Assembly (NCBI GenBank): GCA_022822205.1
Contig: JAJECC010000071.1
Span: forward strand, 3,283-67,282
DNA length: 64,000 bases
Direction: 5' to 3'
Origin: Rhodospirillales bacterium
Lineage (GTDB): Bacteria; Pseudomonadota; Alphaproteobacteria; Rhodospirillales; UBA2165
Shown here piece after piece: positions 9,881-19,790 of the stretch. The notes beneath the pieces were generated by a model. It was not told where the DNA came from. It saw only the letters and a list, made by a program, of their open reading frames with translations, and ran no database searches. Positions within the stretch are counted from its first letter, which is position 1. Each line of letters begins with the position of its first letter. A program made the translations under genes and the position numbers.

Positions 9881-10124
9881 GGTGTCTCCCCTGATCCCTT
9901 GGTTTCGCGTTGGGCGGTATTGTGCGCAAGCGGCGGGGAAGCGCAAGGGGAAGAGCGGTCCGGTTTGTCGGGCCTTGCCATGACGGGCGCCCGCCGACAT
10001 CATGGAGCGCTCAAGTTCCGGAAATACCAAAGAGGCCGTGAAGGTCCCGGGAACGCACACCAGGAACGCACATCATGATGGAACCATGTGCATAGGCACA
10101 CAGAATACATGGAGGAAGACCACA

Positions 10125-11159
10125 ATGCCGTTTATCAGTCGCAGGCAATTCAAAATCCTCGCCGCATCCGCGGCGATTGCGTTGGCCGGCCTTACCGGCT
10201 TCGCCGAGCAGGCGGCGGCCGCGGACAAGATCAAGGTCGGTGCGCTGCGCTTCACTTCTCATTCGGCAAGTTTCGTCGCTTTCGAGCGCGGCTACTTCAA
10301 GGAGCAGGGTTTGGACGTCGAGTTCGTCTTCTTTCAGGCGGCCCAGCCGATGGCCGTCGCGATAGCGTCCAATGACGTCGACTTCGGTGTGACGGCTATC
10401 TCCGGCGGCCTGATAAACCTGGCCGAGAAGGGGGCCGTCAAGGTAATCGGCGGCGCGCTGCATGAAGAGAAAGGCATCGACGGTCAGAAGATTCTGGTTT
10501 CAAAGGCGGCATTCGACGCCGGCGTGACTCATCCCTCGAAGCTCAAGGGCCGCTCGTACGGCATCACCCAGCCGGGCTCGTCGTTCCACTATATGGGCCA
10601 CAAAATCGCCCAAAAGGAAGGCTTCGCGGGCGCCGATATCAAGTTCAAGCCGCTGCACAAGGTCGGCGCCATTATCGGCGCGCTGAAGTCGGGCCAGATC
10701 GACGCCTGGTCGATCGTCCCGCACATCGCGAAGGCGTTGGTCAAGAGTCCGGCCATTCACGCCATCGGCGACGTTGCCGATTACATTCCCGACTATCAGG
10801 TGACGACCGTATTCACGTCCGCCAAGAATGCCGCGGGCAACCGCGATCTGGTTAAACGCTTCCTGGCCGCGTTTTCCAAAGGCGCCGCCGATTTCAATGC
10901 CGCCCTGGTGGATAAGTCCGCCGGCGCCAAGGCGGACGAAGATATGGTCAGGCTGGTCCACAAATATGTCTACACCAACCGTCCATTCGAGAAGGCCGCA
11001 CCCTCGATCAGAAATGGCTCCATGCGCATCAACCAGGGCGCCAAGCTGAATCTGAAGAGCGTTCAGGATCAGTTGGACTGGTTCAAATCCGAGAAGCTGG
11101 TTTCGCAAGCGGTGACCATAGACATGCTTGTCGACAAGAGCTACGTCCAGATCTACTAA
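10125..11159 (+). CDS. NitT/TauT-family ABC substrate-binding protein
   Basis: SRRQF Tat-like leader; GYFKEQGLDVE and LKSGQIDA. Confidence 0.85.
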   Translation: MPFISRRQFKILAASAAIALAGLTGFAEQAAAADKIKVGALRFTSHSASFVAFERGYFKEQGLDVEFVFFQAAQPMAVAIASNDVDFGVTAISGGLINLAEKGAVKVIGGALHEEKGIDGQKILVSKAAFDAGVTHPSKLKGRSYGITQPGSSFHYMGHKIAQKEGFAGADIKFKPLHKVGAIIGALKSGQIDAWSIVPHIAKALVKSPAIHAIGDVADYIPDYQVTTVFTSAKNAAGNRDLVKRFLAAFSKGAADFNAALVDKSAGAKADEDMVRLVHKYVYTNRPFEKAAPSIRNGSMRINQGAKLNLKSVQDQLDWFKSEKLVSQAVTIDMLVDKSYVQIY

Positions 11160-11183
11160 CGGACAGACCTTCCGTGGCCGGCG

Positions 11184-11211
11184 GGCGCCGCTCCCTTCGG
11201 GGAGCGGCGCC
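11184..11211 (+). terminator. Intercistronic hairpin with C(UUCG)G tetraloop
   Basis: ggcgccgctccc-ttcg-gggagcggcgcc, perfect 12-bp stem after the binding-protein gene. Confidence 0.7.
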
Positions 11212-11276
11212 TGTCGAACATTGTATAGTAGTAACCGCCGGTCCGAATTTCGGGCAGCGCGACGGGGGTTGTATTC

Positions 11277-12050
11277 GTGGAGATCAGACTCAAGGGCATT
11301 TCCCACAGCTACCGGGACGGCGGGCTGAAGGTCCTTTCCGACATAAATCTGTCGATCCGGGAGGGGGAAATCGTCTGCCTCATCGGCCCGTCGGGATGCG
11401 GCAAATCGACACTGTTGCGGATCATCGGCGGGCTCGAGCTGCCCAGTGCCGGGGCCGTCCTGCAGGTCGGTGATCCGCCCCCCACATCACTTAATCCGCT
11501 GACCTATATTTTTCAGGATTTCGCCCTGCTGCCGTGGAGAACCGTCGAGGGCAACATCAGCCTCGCGCTGGAGGACCACCCGATCGGCCGCAAGATGCGC
11601 ACCGAAATTATCGATGGCGTTCTCGCCCGGACCAACCTGACGGAGTTCCGAAAGGCATACCCCCGCCAGCTCTCGGGCGGCATGAAGCAGCGTGTCGCCA
11701 TTGCCCGCGCCCTCAGCGTGAATCCCGCCGTCATGCTGATGGATGAACCCTTGTCCGCGCTCGATAGCCAGATCCGGGAAATTCTGATGGCCGACCTGGT
11801 CGAGCTGTGGTGCCGCGAGAATTTCACCGCCTTCTACGTGACCCACAATTTGGCCGAGGCGGTACGCCTCGGGCACCGGGTCGCCGTACTTTCCCGGCGG
11901 CCCGGAAAGATAAGAGAGATCATCGAAATCGCGACGCCGTTGAATCAACGGTCGGCCGACAGCCCCGAGCTGGGCCGACATCAACAACATCTATGGGAAC
12001 TGCTTCGCGACGAAGCTCGCGCGGCCGATCTGGAGCTAGCCAATGTCTGA
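11277..12050 (+). CDS. NitT/TauT-family ABC ATP-binding protein
   Basis: GPSGCGKST, LSGGMKQR, LLMDEP-like MLMDEP. Confidence 0.93.
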   Translation: MEIRLKGISHSYRDGGLKVLSDINLSIREGEIVCLIGPSGCGKSTLLRIIGGLELPSAGAVLQVGDPPPTSLNPLTYIFQDFALLPWRTVEGNISLALEDHPIGRKMRTEIIDGVLARTNLTEFRKAYPRQLSGGMKQRVAIARALSVNPAVMLMDEPLSALDSQIREILMADLVELWCRENFTAFYVTHNLAEAVRLGHRVAVLSRRPGKIREIIEIATPLNQRSADSPELGRHQQHLWELLRDEARAADLELANV

Positions 12051-12861
12051 TGCAACTATCGCGCTGACCGCGCCGGCCGAGAAACCGGTCCGATTCCGGG
12101 GGGGCGGATTCAGAACCCGGCCGCTGGGCATCATTTCGCCGATCGTCTTCATCGTCGTCATCGGCTTCTGGGAGCTTGGATCCCAGTCGGGGCTGATTGG
12201 CAAACTGATCCTGCCCGCACCTTCGGAAGCGCTGCAAGCGCTGTTGGAGCTGATCGAGACCGGCAACCTCTGGAAACACCTGGGTGCGTCGCTGCAGCGG
12301 CTCATCGTCGGCTGGACCGCCGGCACGATTCTCGGGATCGGCGTGGGATTGGCCATCGCGTTGTTTTCATATGTCCGGGCCGGCGCCCAACCGCTGGTAT
12401 CGGCGATTTTCCCCATTCCCAAAATCGCGCTCCTCCCCTTGTTCATCATCTGGTTCGGCATCGGCGAAGGCTCGAAGATCGCGACGATCCTTTTCGGAAC
12501 CTTCTTTCCGACCGTCATCGCGACCTACGGCGGCGTGGACAACGTCGACCGGACTCTCATCCGGATGGCTCAATCCTTCGGGGTGTCCTGGTGGTCCATC
12601 GTCCGGAAAATCATCATTCCCGGCGCCATGCCGGCCATACTTTCGGGCTTCCGCATATCCATCGCCATCGCAATCGTGCTCCTGGTCGCCGCTGAAATGA
12701 TCGGGGCGGAATTCGGGGTAGGCGCGTATATCCTTCTGGCGGGCAGTCTGGTTGCGACCGATCAGCTCATCGCCGGGGTGGCGATTCTATCCGTCTTCGG
12801 GCTGACGGTTGCCTGGCTCATCGGCAAAGCGGAATCCTATCTGCTGCGCTGGCGGACATGA
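12043..12861 (+). CDS. NitT/TauT-family ABC permease
   Basis: PIPKIALLPLFIIWFGIGE and EAA-like loop; multiple TM helices. Confidence 0.92.
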   Translation: MSDATIALTAPAEKPVRFRGGGFRTRPLGIISPIVFIVVIGFWELGSQSGLIGKLILPAPSEALQALLELIETGNLWKHLGASLQRLIVGWTAGTILGIGVGLAIALFSYVRAGAQPLVSAIFPIPKIALLPLFIIWFGIGEGSKIATILFGTFFPTVIATYGGVDNVDRTLIRMAQSFGVSWWSIVRKIIIPGAMPAILSGFRISIAIAIVLLVAAEMIGAEFGVGAYILLAGSLVATDQLIAGVAILSVFGLTVAWLIGKAESYLLRWRT

Positions 12862-12980
12862 TCGATCCCCGGCCCGCCGGGTACGATGCCGTTCCCGCCG
12901 CCCGTCTGCCGCTTTCGGGTATGGCGCGGACGCTATAGGATTTGCGTCCCTCAACCATTTCACAGCAGGCAGGTAGCGAT

Positions 12981-13370
12981 ATGCCCGTACGATTCTTTGA
13001 CCCCGAAACCATTGCGTCCCCGATGAATCCCTACAGCCACGGCGCCGAAGTCGAAGCCGGATCCAAGCTGCTCTACATGGCCGGACAGGTCGGCCGACGC
13101 GGCCCCAACCGGGAAATTCTGCCGGACTTCGAGGATCAGGTTCGCCAGACCTACGCGAACATCCAGGAGATCCTCAAGGAATCGGGCATGGACCTCACCA
13201 ATCTCGTCAAGATGACGACCTATTTGACGGACCGGAAGAACCTCGAGCAGATGCGCGAAATCAGGAAGGAAATTCTCGGCGGCCACAAACCGGCCCATAC
13301 GCTGATCATCGCGGCCGGGCTGGCCTACGAGGAATACATGATCGAGGTCGACTGCATCGCCGCGGCTTAG
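12981..13370 (+). CDS. RidA/YjgF family protein
   Basis: PYSHG, LYMAGQVG, KPAHT and IEVDCIAA. Confidence 0.85.
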   Translation: MPVRFFDPETIASPMNPYSHGAEVEAGSKLLYMAGQVGRRGPNREILPDFEDQVRQTYANIQEILKESGMDLTNLVKMTTYLTDRKNLEQMREIRKEILGGHKPAHTLIIAAGLAYEEYMIEVDCIAAA

Positions 13371-15772
13371 GTCTTCTCGCCCTCGCCGGCGGGCACCTTG
13401 CCGAGGGCCCGTAAAATCCGTTCCGGGGTGAAGGGCATCCGGTTGACCCGCGCGCCCAACGGGCGGAGCGCATCGTTGATGGCGTTCATCACCGCCGCGG
13501 GAGCGCCGCCGGTCCCCGCTTCGCCGGCGCCCTTGGCGCCGAGGTCGGTTTCCGATGTCCGGGAGACCACGTGGCCGACCCGGATATCCGGCATTTCGGC
13601 CGCCATGGGCACCAGATAGTCGGCCATATTGCCGTTGAGCAACTGGCCCTGCGAATCGTAGATGCACTCCTCGAACAGCACCCCGCCCAGGCCCTGGACC
13701 ACGCCGCCCCGGATCTGTTCGTCCACCAGCAGGGGATTGATCACCGTGCCGCAATCCTCGACCACCCAGTAGCCGAGGATGTTCACCAGCCCCGTGTCCA
13801 CATCCACTTCCAGGTGGGCCGCATGGATGCCGTTGGTGAAGGCGAAGGGAAATTCCTTCGGCACGTAGTGGCGGGTGGCGACCAGTTCCGGCTGGTAGCC
13901 GTCCGGCAGCGTGTCCTGCCGGTAGTGGGCGATCCGGCCAAGCTCCGAAAGGGTGATCCGTTCCCTGCCGTCCGACTTGCCGACCACGGCGTTCCGGCGG
14001 ATATCCAGCGAGCCGGGCGGCGATTGCAGCATGGCGCCCGCGAGATCGAGAATGTTATGCCGGAGAGCCTTGCCCGCCCGGTTGACCGCCTCGCCGGCAA
14101 TGCCGGTGCCCCGCGATCCCCAGGTGCCGCCGCCATAGGGCGTCACCGAGGTGTCGCCGGTGATCACCTTGACCCTGTCCGGGGTCACGCCGACCGCCGT
14201 CGCCGCCACCTGGGAAACCACGGCCTCCGCGCCCTGGCCCTGCTCGGTGACGCCGGTGGAGCAGACCACGGCCCCGTCCGGCGTGAGGCGGAGCGTGCAG
14301 CCGTCCTGGGCGGAGATGGGGGCGCCGCCGGCGCCATAGAATAGCGGCGACGGATTGCTGACCTCGACCAGGGCGCCGAAGCCGATGCCGCGATAGAGAC
14401 CGTCCGCGCGCGCGGCCTCCCGGTCCCGCCGCAGCCCGGCATAGCCGATCATGTCCTCCAGCCGGGCGAGGGCCGCCTGGTGGGACAGGTTCTCGAACGG
14501 CATGCCGTTCACCGAGGCGCGCGGATAGGAATCGTCCGGCGCCATGTTGCGCCGTCTCAACTCCAGCGGGTCCATGCCCAGCTCGGCGGCGGCCAGTTCA
14601 ACCAGCCCCTCGGTGATCGCGGTGGCGATCGGGTGGCCGACGGCGCGGTAGCCGCTGATCATCGCCTTGTTCTGAAAGGCGATGCGGCCCCGGGCCCGGT
14701 AATTGTCGATCATGTAGCAGCCGCCCGAGAGGTTGACGATCTGGTTGGTCTCGATGGTGCTGGAGCGGGGAAACATGGAGAACGGACCGGCGCCGGTGAG
14801 GCCGTCGAGTTCCAGGGCGGTGATCCTGCCCTCCGCCGTGAGGGCCATCCTGGCCCTGGCCCGGTAACCCCGGGCGTGGAGGTCTCCGGTGAACGACTCC
14901 AGCCGGTCGGGCGTGAACTTCACCGGCCGCTTGAGCAGGATCGCCAGCCCGGCGACCGCGCACTCATCGCCGTAGACGTGCGCCTTCATCCCGAAAGCGC
15001 CGCCCACATCCCCGCAGATCACCCGGACCTTGTGCTCGTCGATCCCGAAATGGGTGGAGAAATGGGACTGCATCTGGTGCGGGGTCTGGGTCGATTGATG
15101 GACGGTGAGCGTCCCTTCGCTGGGATCGAAATCGGCGACGATGGTCCGGGTTTCCATGGTGACGCCGGTGTGGCGGCCGAACACGTAGCTCTCTTCGACC
15201 ACCACCGCCGCCTCGGCGAAAGCCTTGTCCACGTCTCCTTCGTCGATCAGCCGTTCCCAGAGGAGATTGTCGCCAAGCTCGGGGTGGATCGGCTCGGCGC
15301 CAGGTTCCAGCGCCGCCGCCTCGTCGGTGAGGGCGGGCAGTTCCCTGAATTCGATCTCGATCAGTTCGAGCGCATCTTCGGCCAGCGCCCGGCTCTCCGC
15401 GGCCACGGCCGCCACCGGCTCGCCCTGCCAGCGCGTCCGGCCGACGGCGAGCGGGTACTGGGGCACGGACTTCATCCCCGGCAGATGGCTGAGAATGCCG
15501 GTCCAGGGCCGGCAGATCCGGGCGATTTGTTCGCCGTCCACCACCGCCGCCACGCCGGCGGCCCGCTCGGCGGCGGACTTGTCGATCCGCACGATGTCGG
15601 CGTGGGCGTAGGGCGAGCGCAGATAGGCCACATGAACCATGCGCGGCAGTTTGACGTCGTCGGTAAAGACGCCCCTGCCTTCGATCAGCCGTTGAACATT
15701 GGGCCGGGGCAGGCTCTTGCCGAGATAGCTCTCGGCGCGTTCGCGAATACTCTCGTCGTCGTCATCGCTCAT
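13367..15772 (-). CDS. Xanthine dehydrogenase/CoxL-family molybdopterin-binding large subunit (not form I CO dehydrogenase)
   Basis: STQTPH, GGAFG, GYRAVG loop, EDCGTVINP and KGAGE catalytic Glu. Lacks the AYxCSFR Cys. Confidence 0.9.
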   Translation of the reverse strand: MSDDDDESIRERAESYLGKSLPRPNVQRLIEGRGVFTDDVKLPRMVHVAYLRSPYAHADIVRIDKSAAERAAGVAAVVDGEQIARICRPWTGILSHLPGMKSVPQYPLAVGRTRWQGEPVAAVAAESRALAEDALELIEIEFRELPALTDEAAALEPGAEPIHPELGDNLLWERLIDEGDVDKAFAEAAVVVEESYVFGRHTGVTMETRTIVADFDPSEGTLTVHQSTQTPHQMQSHFSTHFGIDEHKVRVICGDVGGAFGMKAHVYGDECAVAGLAILLKRPVKFTPDRLESFTGDLHARGYRARARMALTAEGRITALELDGLTGAGPFSMFPRSSTIETNQIVNLSGGCYMIDNYRARGRIAFQNKAMISGYRAVGHPIATAITEGLVELAAAELGMDPLELRRRNMAPDDSYPRASVNGMPFENLSHQAALARLEDMIGYAGLRRDREAARADGLYRGIGFGALVEVSNPSPLFYGAGGAPISAQDGCTLRLTPDGAVVCSTGVTEQGQGAEAVVSQVAATAVGVTPDRVKVITGDTSVTPYGGGTWGSRGTGIAGEAVNRAGKALRHNILDLAGAMLQSPPGSLDIRRNAVVGKSDGRERITLSELGRIAHYRQDTLPDGYQPELVATRHYVPKEFPFAFTNGIHAAHLEVDVDTGLVNILGYWVVEDCGTVINPLLVDEQIRGGVVQGLGGVLFEECIYDSQGQLLNGNMADYLVPMAAEMPDIRVGHVVSRTSETDLGAKGAGEAGTGGAPAAVMNAINDALRPLGARVNRMPFTPERILRALGKVPAGEGEKT

Positions 15773-15950
15773 AGGGGCGTCCCGTGAATGGTGTGAGCAC
15801 CGTCCGGGACATTCCGGTGCCCTTGCTTCCCGGCTTGGTGACTTGCGGGGTATTTTGCCGAAGCCGTGCGCCGGCGCAAGGGGCGCGGGCTTTAATGGTG
15901 AAATATCGGTGACTTTTCACACAAATATCGGCTAGAGTACCGGGGTAGCC

Positions 15951-15970
15951 AAAATTCAGGGTAGAATTTT
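15951..15970. promoter_or_regulatory. Candidate MarR operator
   Basis: AAAATTC-AGGGTA-GAATTTT perfect inverted repeat abutting the marR start; AAATATCGG direct repeats at 15901 and 15923. Confidence 0.5.
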
Positions 15971-15971
15971 G

Positions 15972-16472
15972 ATGGACGCCCAAGCAGACACGCTCGCCAA
16001 AATCCGCGATGAGGATGAGTTCGGCGCCTACCACGGCATGCACTGGCCGACATTCTTCATCGCCAACGTCGCCAACCGCCACACCCGCAACATGACCAAC
16101 AACCTCCGCCAATTCGGGCTGATTCCGCCCATGTGGCGGGTGCTGTCGTTCCTGTGGGATCACGAAGAGCTGAGCATCGGCCATCTCGCCGACGTGTGCG
16201 GCATCGAGCGCACCAATCTTTCCAAGGTGGTCGACCGGATGACCGGCGACGGGCTTGTCGCGCGGGTTTCCGATCCCCGGGACGGCCGGACCACCATCGT
16301 CCGGATGACCGGCGAGGGCGAGGCGCTGTTCCGCCGCGTCGCGCCGACCGTCATCGACTATCTCGGCGGGAGCGTCGCCGGCTTCTCCGAGAGCGAGGTC
16401 GCCGAGTTCATCGGCTATCTCAAACGCATCCAGGCAAATCTCAACAACGTCGCGGGGACCGCCAGCCGGTAA
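15972..16472 (+). CDS. MarR-family transcriptional regulator
   Basis: WRVL...SIGHLA...SKVVDRM...GLV.R...DGR winged helix. Confidence 0.9.
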   Translation: MDAQADTLAKIRDEDEFGAYHGMHWPTFFIANVANRHTRNMTNNLRQFGLIPPMWRVLSFLWDHEELSIGHLADVCGIERTNLSKVVDRMTGDGLVARVSDPRDGRTTIVRMTGEGEALFRRVAPTVIDYLGGSVAGFSESEVAEFIGYLKRIQANLNNVAGTASR

Positions 16473-16519
16473 CCGCCAAAGATCGCATACGGTTCGAATA
16501 AACCAGGGAGGACACGCAA

Positions 16520-18106
16520 ATGACCAGACGACTGACCAGGAGCTACCTGTTTGCGGGAGCGGCGCTGTTTGCCGGCGCCGCACTGTTGACCAGCGGCGCG
16601 CAAGCCGCGGATACGCCGAAGCGGGGCGGCAAGCTGACCGTCGCGGTTCAGCAGGACGTCGCCGGCTTCGACAACTTCCGGGTGCTGAGTTTCGCCCACT
16701 TCCGGCAATACATCCTGCAGGCCATCTACGAACGCATGTTCGAGGTGGACGGCGACACCCGCGAAATCAAGCCCGTTCATGCGCTCGACGCGACCCCCAG
16801 CGACGATTTCAAAAGCTGGCGGGTGACCCTGCGCAAGGGGGTCAAGTTCTCGAATGGCGAAGATCTGGACGCGGATGCCTATGTCACTCACTTCACCCGG
16901 CTGCTGACCGGCAAGAAGGGCCGGTTCGCCGGCCGCTACCGGCGGCTGATGGGCCCGTATCTCGAAGGCGTGGAGAAAGTCGACAGTCACACGGTCGATT
17001 TCAAATTCCGCGTCGCCAACCCCGGGTTCAAGGATATGGCGGCCCAGCCCAACATGTCCTGGTGGGTGACCGCGCCCAAGTACCTGGCCGAAAACAAGGA
17101 CAAGCCCGAGTTCAACGAAAAGCCCGTCGGCGCCGGCCCGTACATGCTCAAGGAATGGCGCGACGGCGCGTTCGTCCGGCTGGTCCGGAACCCCAATTAC
17201 TGGAACAAGGACGGCCAGTATCTCGACGAGCTGACCTTCCTGTTCATCCCGCCCGAGGTCAACCGGGTCAACGCGCTGAAGGCCGGCAACGCGGATATCA
17301 TCTACGTCAGCCGGGGCTTCATCCCGGAGCTCAAGAAGGATCCCAACATCACGGTGGTTTCCGGCCCCCGGCTCTCGGTCGGCCAGGCCATCGGCTTCAA
17401 CCATTCGAAGCCGCCGTACAACGATATCCGGGTGCGCAAGGCGCTGATCCACGCCCTCGACCGGCAGAAGGTGACCTGCGCCCATACCGGCATTTGCCGG
17501 GACCGGGCGGAGAACGACATGTACGGCGAGGGACATCCCTGGCACTGCCCGGCGGTGAAGTGGCCCGAGCACGACCCGGCCAAGGCCAAGGCGCTGATCG
17601 ACGAGTATGTGAAGGAAACCGGCAAGCCGATTACCTTCAACGTCGATCACTTCCCGAACGCCCAGGCCGAAAAGACGGTGACGGCGATGATCGACATGTG
17701 GCGCAAGGTTGGGATCAGCGCGACCCAGAAAGCGGGTCCGCGGGGTCCCGGATTCATCCGGCCCCTGCTGAGCGGCAAGTTCGACATCTTCACCTTCGTC
17801 GAGAACTTCTCCAATGCGGACCCGAGCCTGGTGGCGACCCGCTTCCACTCCAAGCACCCGTCGAGCCGGCAGTTCCACCTCAAGAATCCGCGCATCGACG
17901 CGGCGGTGGAGAAGGTCAATTCGGCGACCGGCGCCGCGGAACGCAAGAAGGCGAGCTGCGCGTATCAGCAGGTGCTGGCGGACGAGGCGGCGCTGATCGT
18001 CTACGACCATCCGCGGATGCACATTGCCCACCGCAGCCATGTCAAAGGCGTGAAGAAGCCCTTTGGCTACACATTTGACGCCCACCGCCTGTGGGTCGAT
18101 AAATAA
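16520..18106 (+). CDS. Peptide/nickel-type (family 5) ABC substrate-binding protein
   Basis: Signal peptide; LRKGVKFSNG, PVGAGPY, RNPNYW. Confidence 0.88.
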   Translation: MTRRLTRSYLFAGAALFAGAALLTSGAQAADTPKRGGKLTVAVQQDVAGFDNFRVLSFAHFRQYILQAIYERMFEVDGDTREIKPVHALDATPSDDFKSWRVTLRKGVKFSNGEDLDADAYVTHFTRLLTGKKGRFAGRYRRLMGPYLEGVEKVDSHTVDFKFRVANPGFKDMAAQPNMSWWVTAPKYLAENKDKPEFNEKPVGAGPYMLKEWRDGAFVRLVRNPNYWNKDGQYLDELTFLFIPPEVNRVNALKAGNADIIYVSRGFIPELKKDPNITVVSGPRLSVGQAIGFNHSKPPYNDIRVRKALIHALDRQKVTCAHTGICRDRAENDMYGEGHPWHCPAVKWPEHDPAKAKALIDEYVKETGKPITFNVDHFPNAQAEKTVTAMIDMWRKVGISATQKAGPRGPGFIRPLLSGKFDIFTFVENFSNADPSLVATRFHSKHPSSRQFHLKNPRIDAAVEKVNSATGAAERKKASCAYQQVLADEAALIVYDHPRMHIAHRSHVKGVKKPFGYTFDAHRLWVDK

Positions 18107-18119
18107 GGATCGGGGGATA

Positions 18120-18148
18120 GCCGGGGCCGCGATCGGCGCGGTCCCGGC
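18120..18148 (+). terminator. Intercistronic hairpin after the binding-protein gene
   Basis: gccggggccgcg-atcgg-cgcggtcccggc, 12-bp stem with one G-U pair. Confidence 0.55.
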
Positions 18149-18178
18149 CCGCCGCGGGCTTCAAGCGGGAGAAGTGGC

Positions 18179-19756
18179 GTGCTGCACGAACTCATCCTGA
18201 AAAACGGGAAAATCCATACCATGGACGATGCGGGGACGGTGGTGTCCTCGGTCGCCATCGAGAGCGGGCGCTTCGCGGCGCTCGGTGACGACATTCAGCC
18301 CAGGGGGCCGGATGCCCAGGTCATCGACCTGAAGGGCAGGACGGTCATCCCGGGACTGATCGACAACCACATTCATTTCCTGCGGACCGCGCTGTTGCCC
18401 GGCTACGACATGCGGCTGATGGAGACCGCGTTTTCCATCGAGGACGCGTTGAAGGTGATCCGGGCCCAGGCGGCGGCCGCGCCCGACGGCGAGATGCTCA
18501 GCGCCATCGGCGGCATTCACCCGGATCAGTTCGCCGAGAACCGCTATCCGACGCTCGCGGAGCTCGACGCGGCGGCGCCCAACCATCCGGTTTATCTGTC
18601 GATTTCCAATTGGGGGCCCGGCGCGACCAACTCGCTGGCCAAGGCCCGGCTCCGGGAGGCCGGCGCTCCGGTGGGCGACGACGGCATCGTCGGCAAGGGC
18701 AAGGATACCATCGCGGCGTGGGAGGCGCTGAGCGCGCTGCACTCCTACGACGACACCCTGCGCCAGACGGCGAGCCAAATGGACTTCGCGCTCTCCATGG
18801 GGCTGACCAACGTATTCGACATGGGCGGCACCATTCCCGCCGGCGGCTGGCTCGACCCGGCGACCGGCTACAACCCGATTCTCGAATTGATGCGCGACGA
18901 CAAGGTACCCATGCGGGTGCGGATTTTCCTGCCGGTGCTCGACACCGACGCCGAACTTCCCGACCTCATGGCGCGCCTCGACTATACGTTCAACGAGTTC
19001 GGCAACGATGTGGTCCGCATCGTCGGGATCGGCGAGTGGCTGATCCCCAACAAACTGCAGCGCCAGCAGCCGCTGCCCGATTTCTACACCGACTCGGTGC
19101 GCGCCGTTGCCGAGCGGGGCTGGGTCTACAAGCAGCACCTGATCAGCCTCGCCGAGCAGAAGGAGCATCTGCGGGTCTGGGAGGAGGTCAACAAATCCAC
19201 GCGCATCGCCGATCTCCATTGGTCCATGGATCACTGCTACGGGATCGACCAGGAGACCATCGACCGGGCGATCGACCTCGGTGTCGGCCTCAGTTCCCAC
19301 AGTTCCAACTACCTCGAGGGCAAGCTCCAGCCGCCGGGCAACCCGCCGTTCCGGATGATCATGGACAGCGGAATCGTCATGGGCGGCGGCTCGGACGGGG
19401 CGAGGGTCTCGCCGATGAATCCCTGGGTGATGCTCTATTACGCCGTCACCGGCAAGAACCACGCCGGCGAAATGATCAACCCCGGCCAGTGCCTGACCCG
19501 CGAGGAAATTCTCCGCATCTGGACAACGCCGCAGGGGTGGTTCTGCAAGGAAGAGAAGAACATGGGCGGCATCGCCGTCGGGCGTTATGGCGACCTGGTG
19601 GTATTGAGCGACGACTATTTCGATGAGCAGGCGGTGTCGGACGACGACATCCGGCACATCACCTCGCTGTTGACGGTGGTCGGCGGCCGGGTGGTCCACA
19701 ATACCGGTACGCTGGGTGAGGCCGTTCCCGCGATCGAGACGATCCCGGCACAATAG
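18179..19756 (+). CDS. Amidohydrolase family 3 (YtcJ-like) metallohydrolase
   Basis: IPGLIDNHIH, GGSD, GRYGDLVVLS and TVVGGRVV. Confidence 0.85.
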   Translation: MLHELILKNGKIHTMDDAGTVVSSVAIESGRFAALGDDIQPRGPDAQVIDLKGRTVIPGLIDNHIHFLRTALLPGYDMRLMETAFSIEDALKVIRAQAAAAPDGEMLSAIGGIHPDQFAENRYPTLAELDAAAPNHPVYLSISNWGPGATNSLAKARLREAGAPVGDDGIVGKGKDTIAAWEALSALHSYDDTLRQTASQMDFALSMGLTNVFDMGGTIPAGGWLDPATGYNPILELMRDDKVPMRVRIFLPVLDTDAELPDLMARLDYTFNEFGNDVVRIVGIGEWLIPNKLQRQQPLPDFYTDSVRAVAERGWVYKQHLISLAEQKEHLRVWEEVNKSTRIADLHWSMDHCYGIDQETIDRAIDLGVGLSSHSSNYLEGKLQPPGNPPFRMIMDSGIVMGGGSDGARVSPMNPWVMLYYAVTGKNHAGEMINPGQCLTREEILRIWTTPQGWFCKEEKNMGGIAVGRYGDLVVLSDDYFDEQAVSDDDIRHITSLLTVVGGRVVHNTGTLGEAVPAIETIPAQ

Positions 19757-19790
19757 CGCCGGAGAACCGCACTTTCATTCGAGGTCTCAA

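Noticed and set aside
13367-15772. Aerobic CO dehydrogenase
   Set aside because: It lacks the Cu-binding Cys motif, coxMS and accessory genes.
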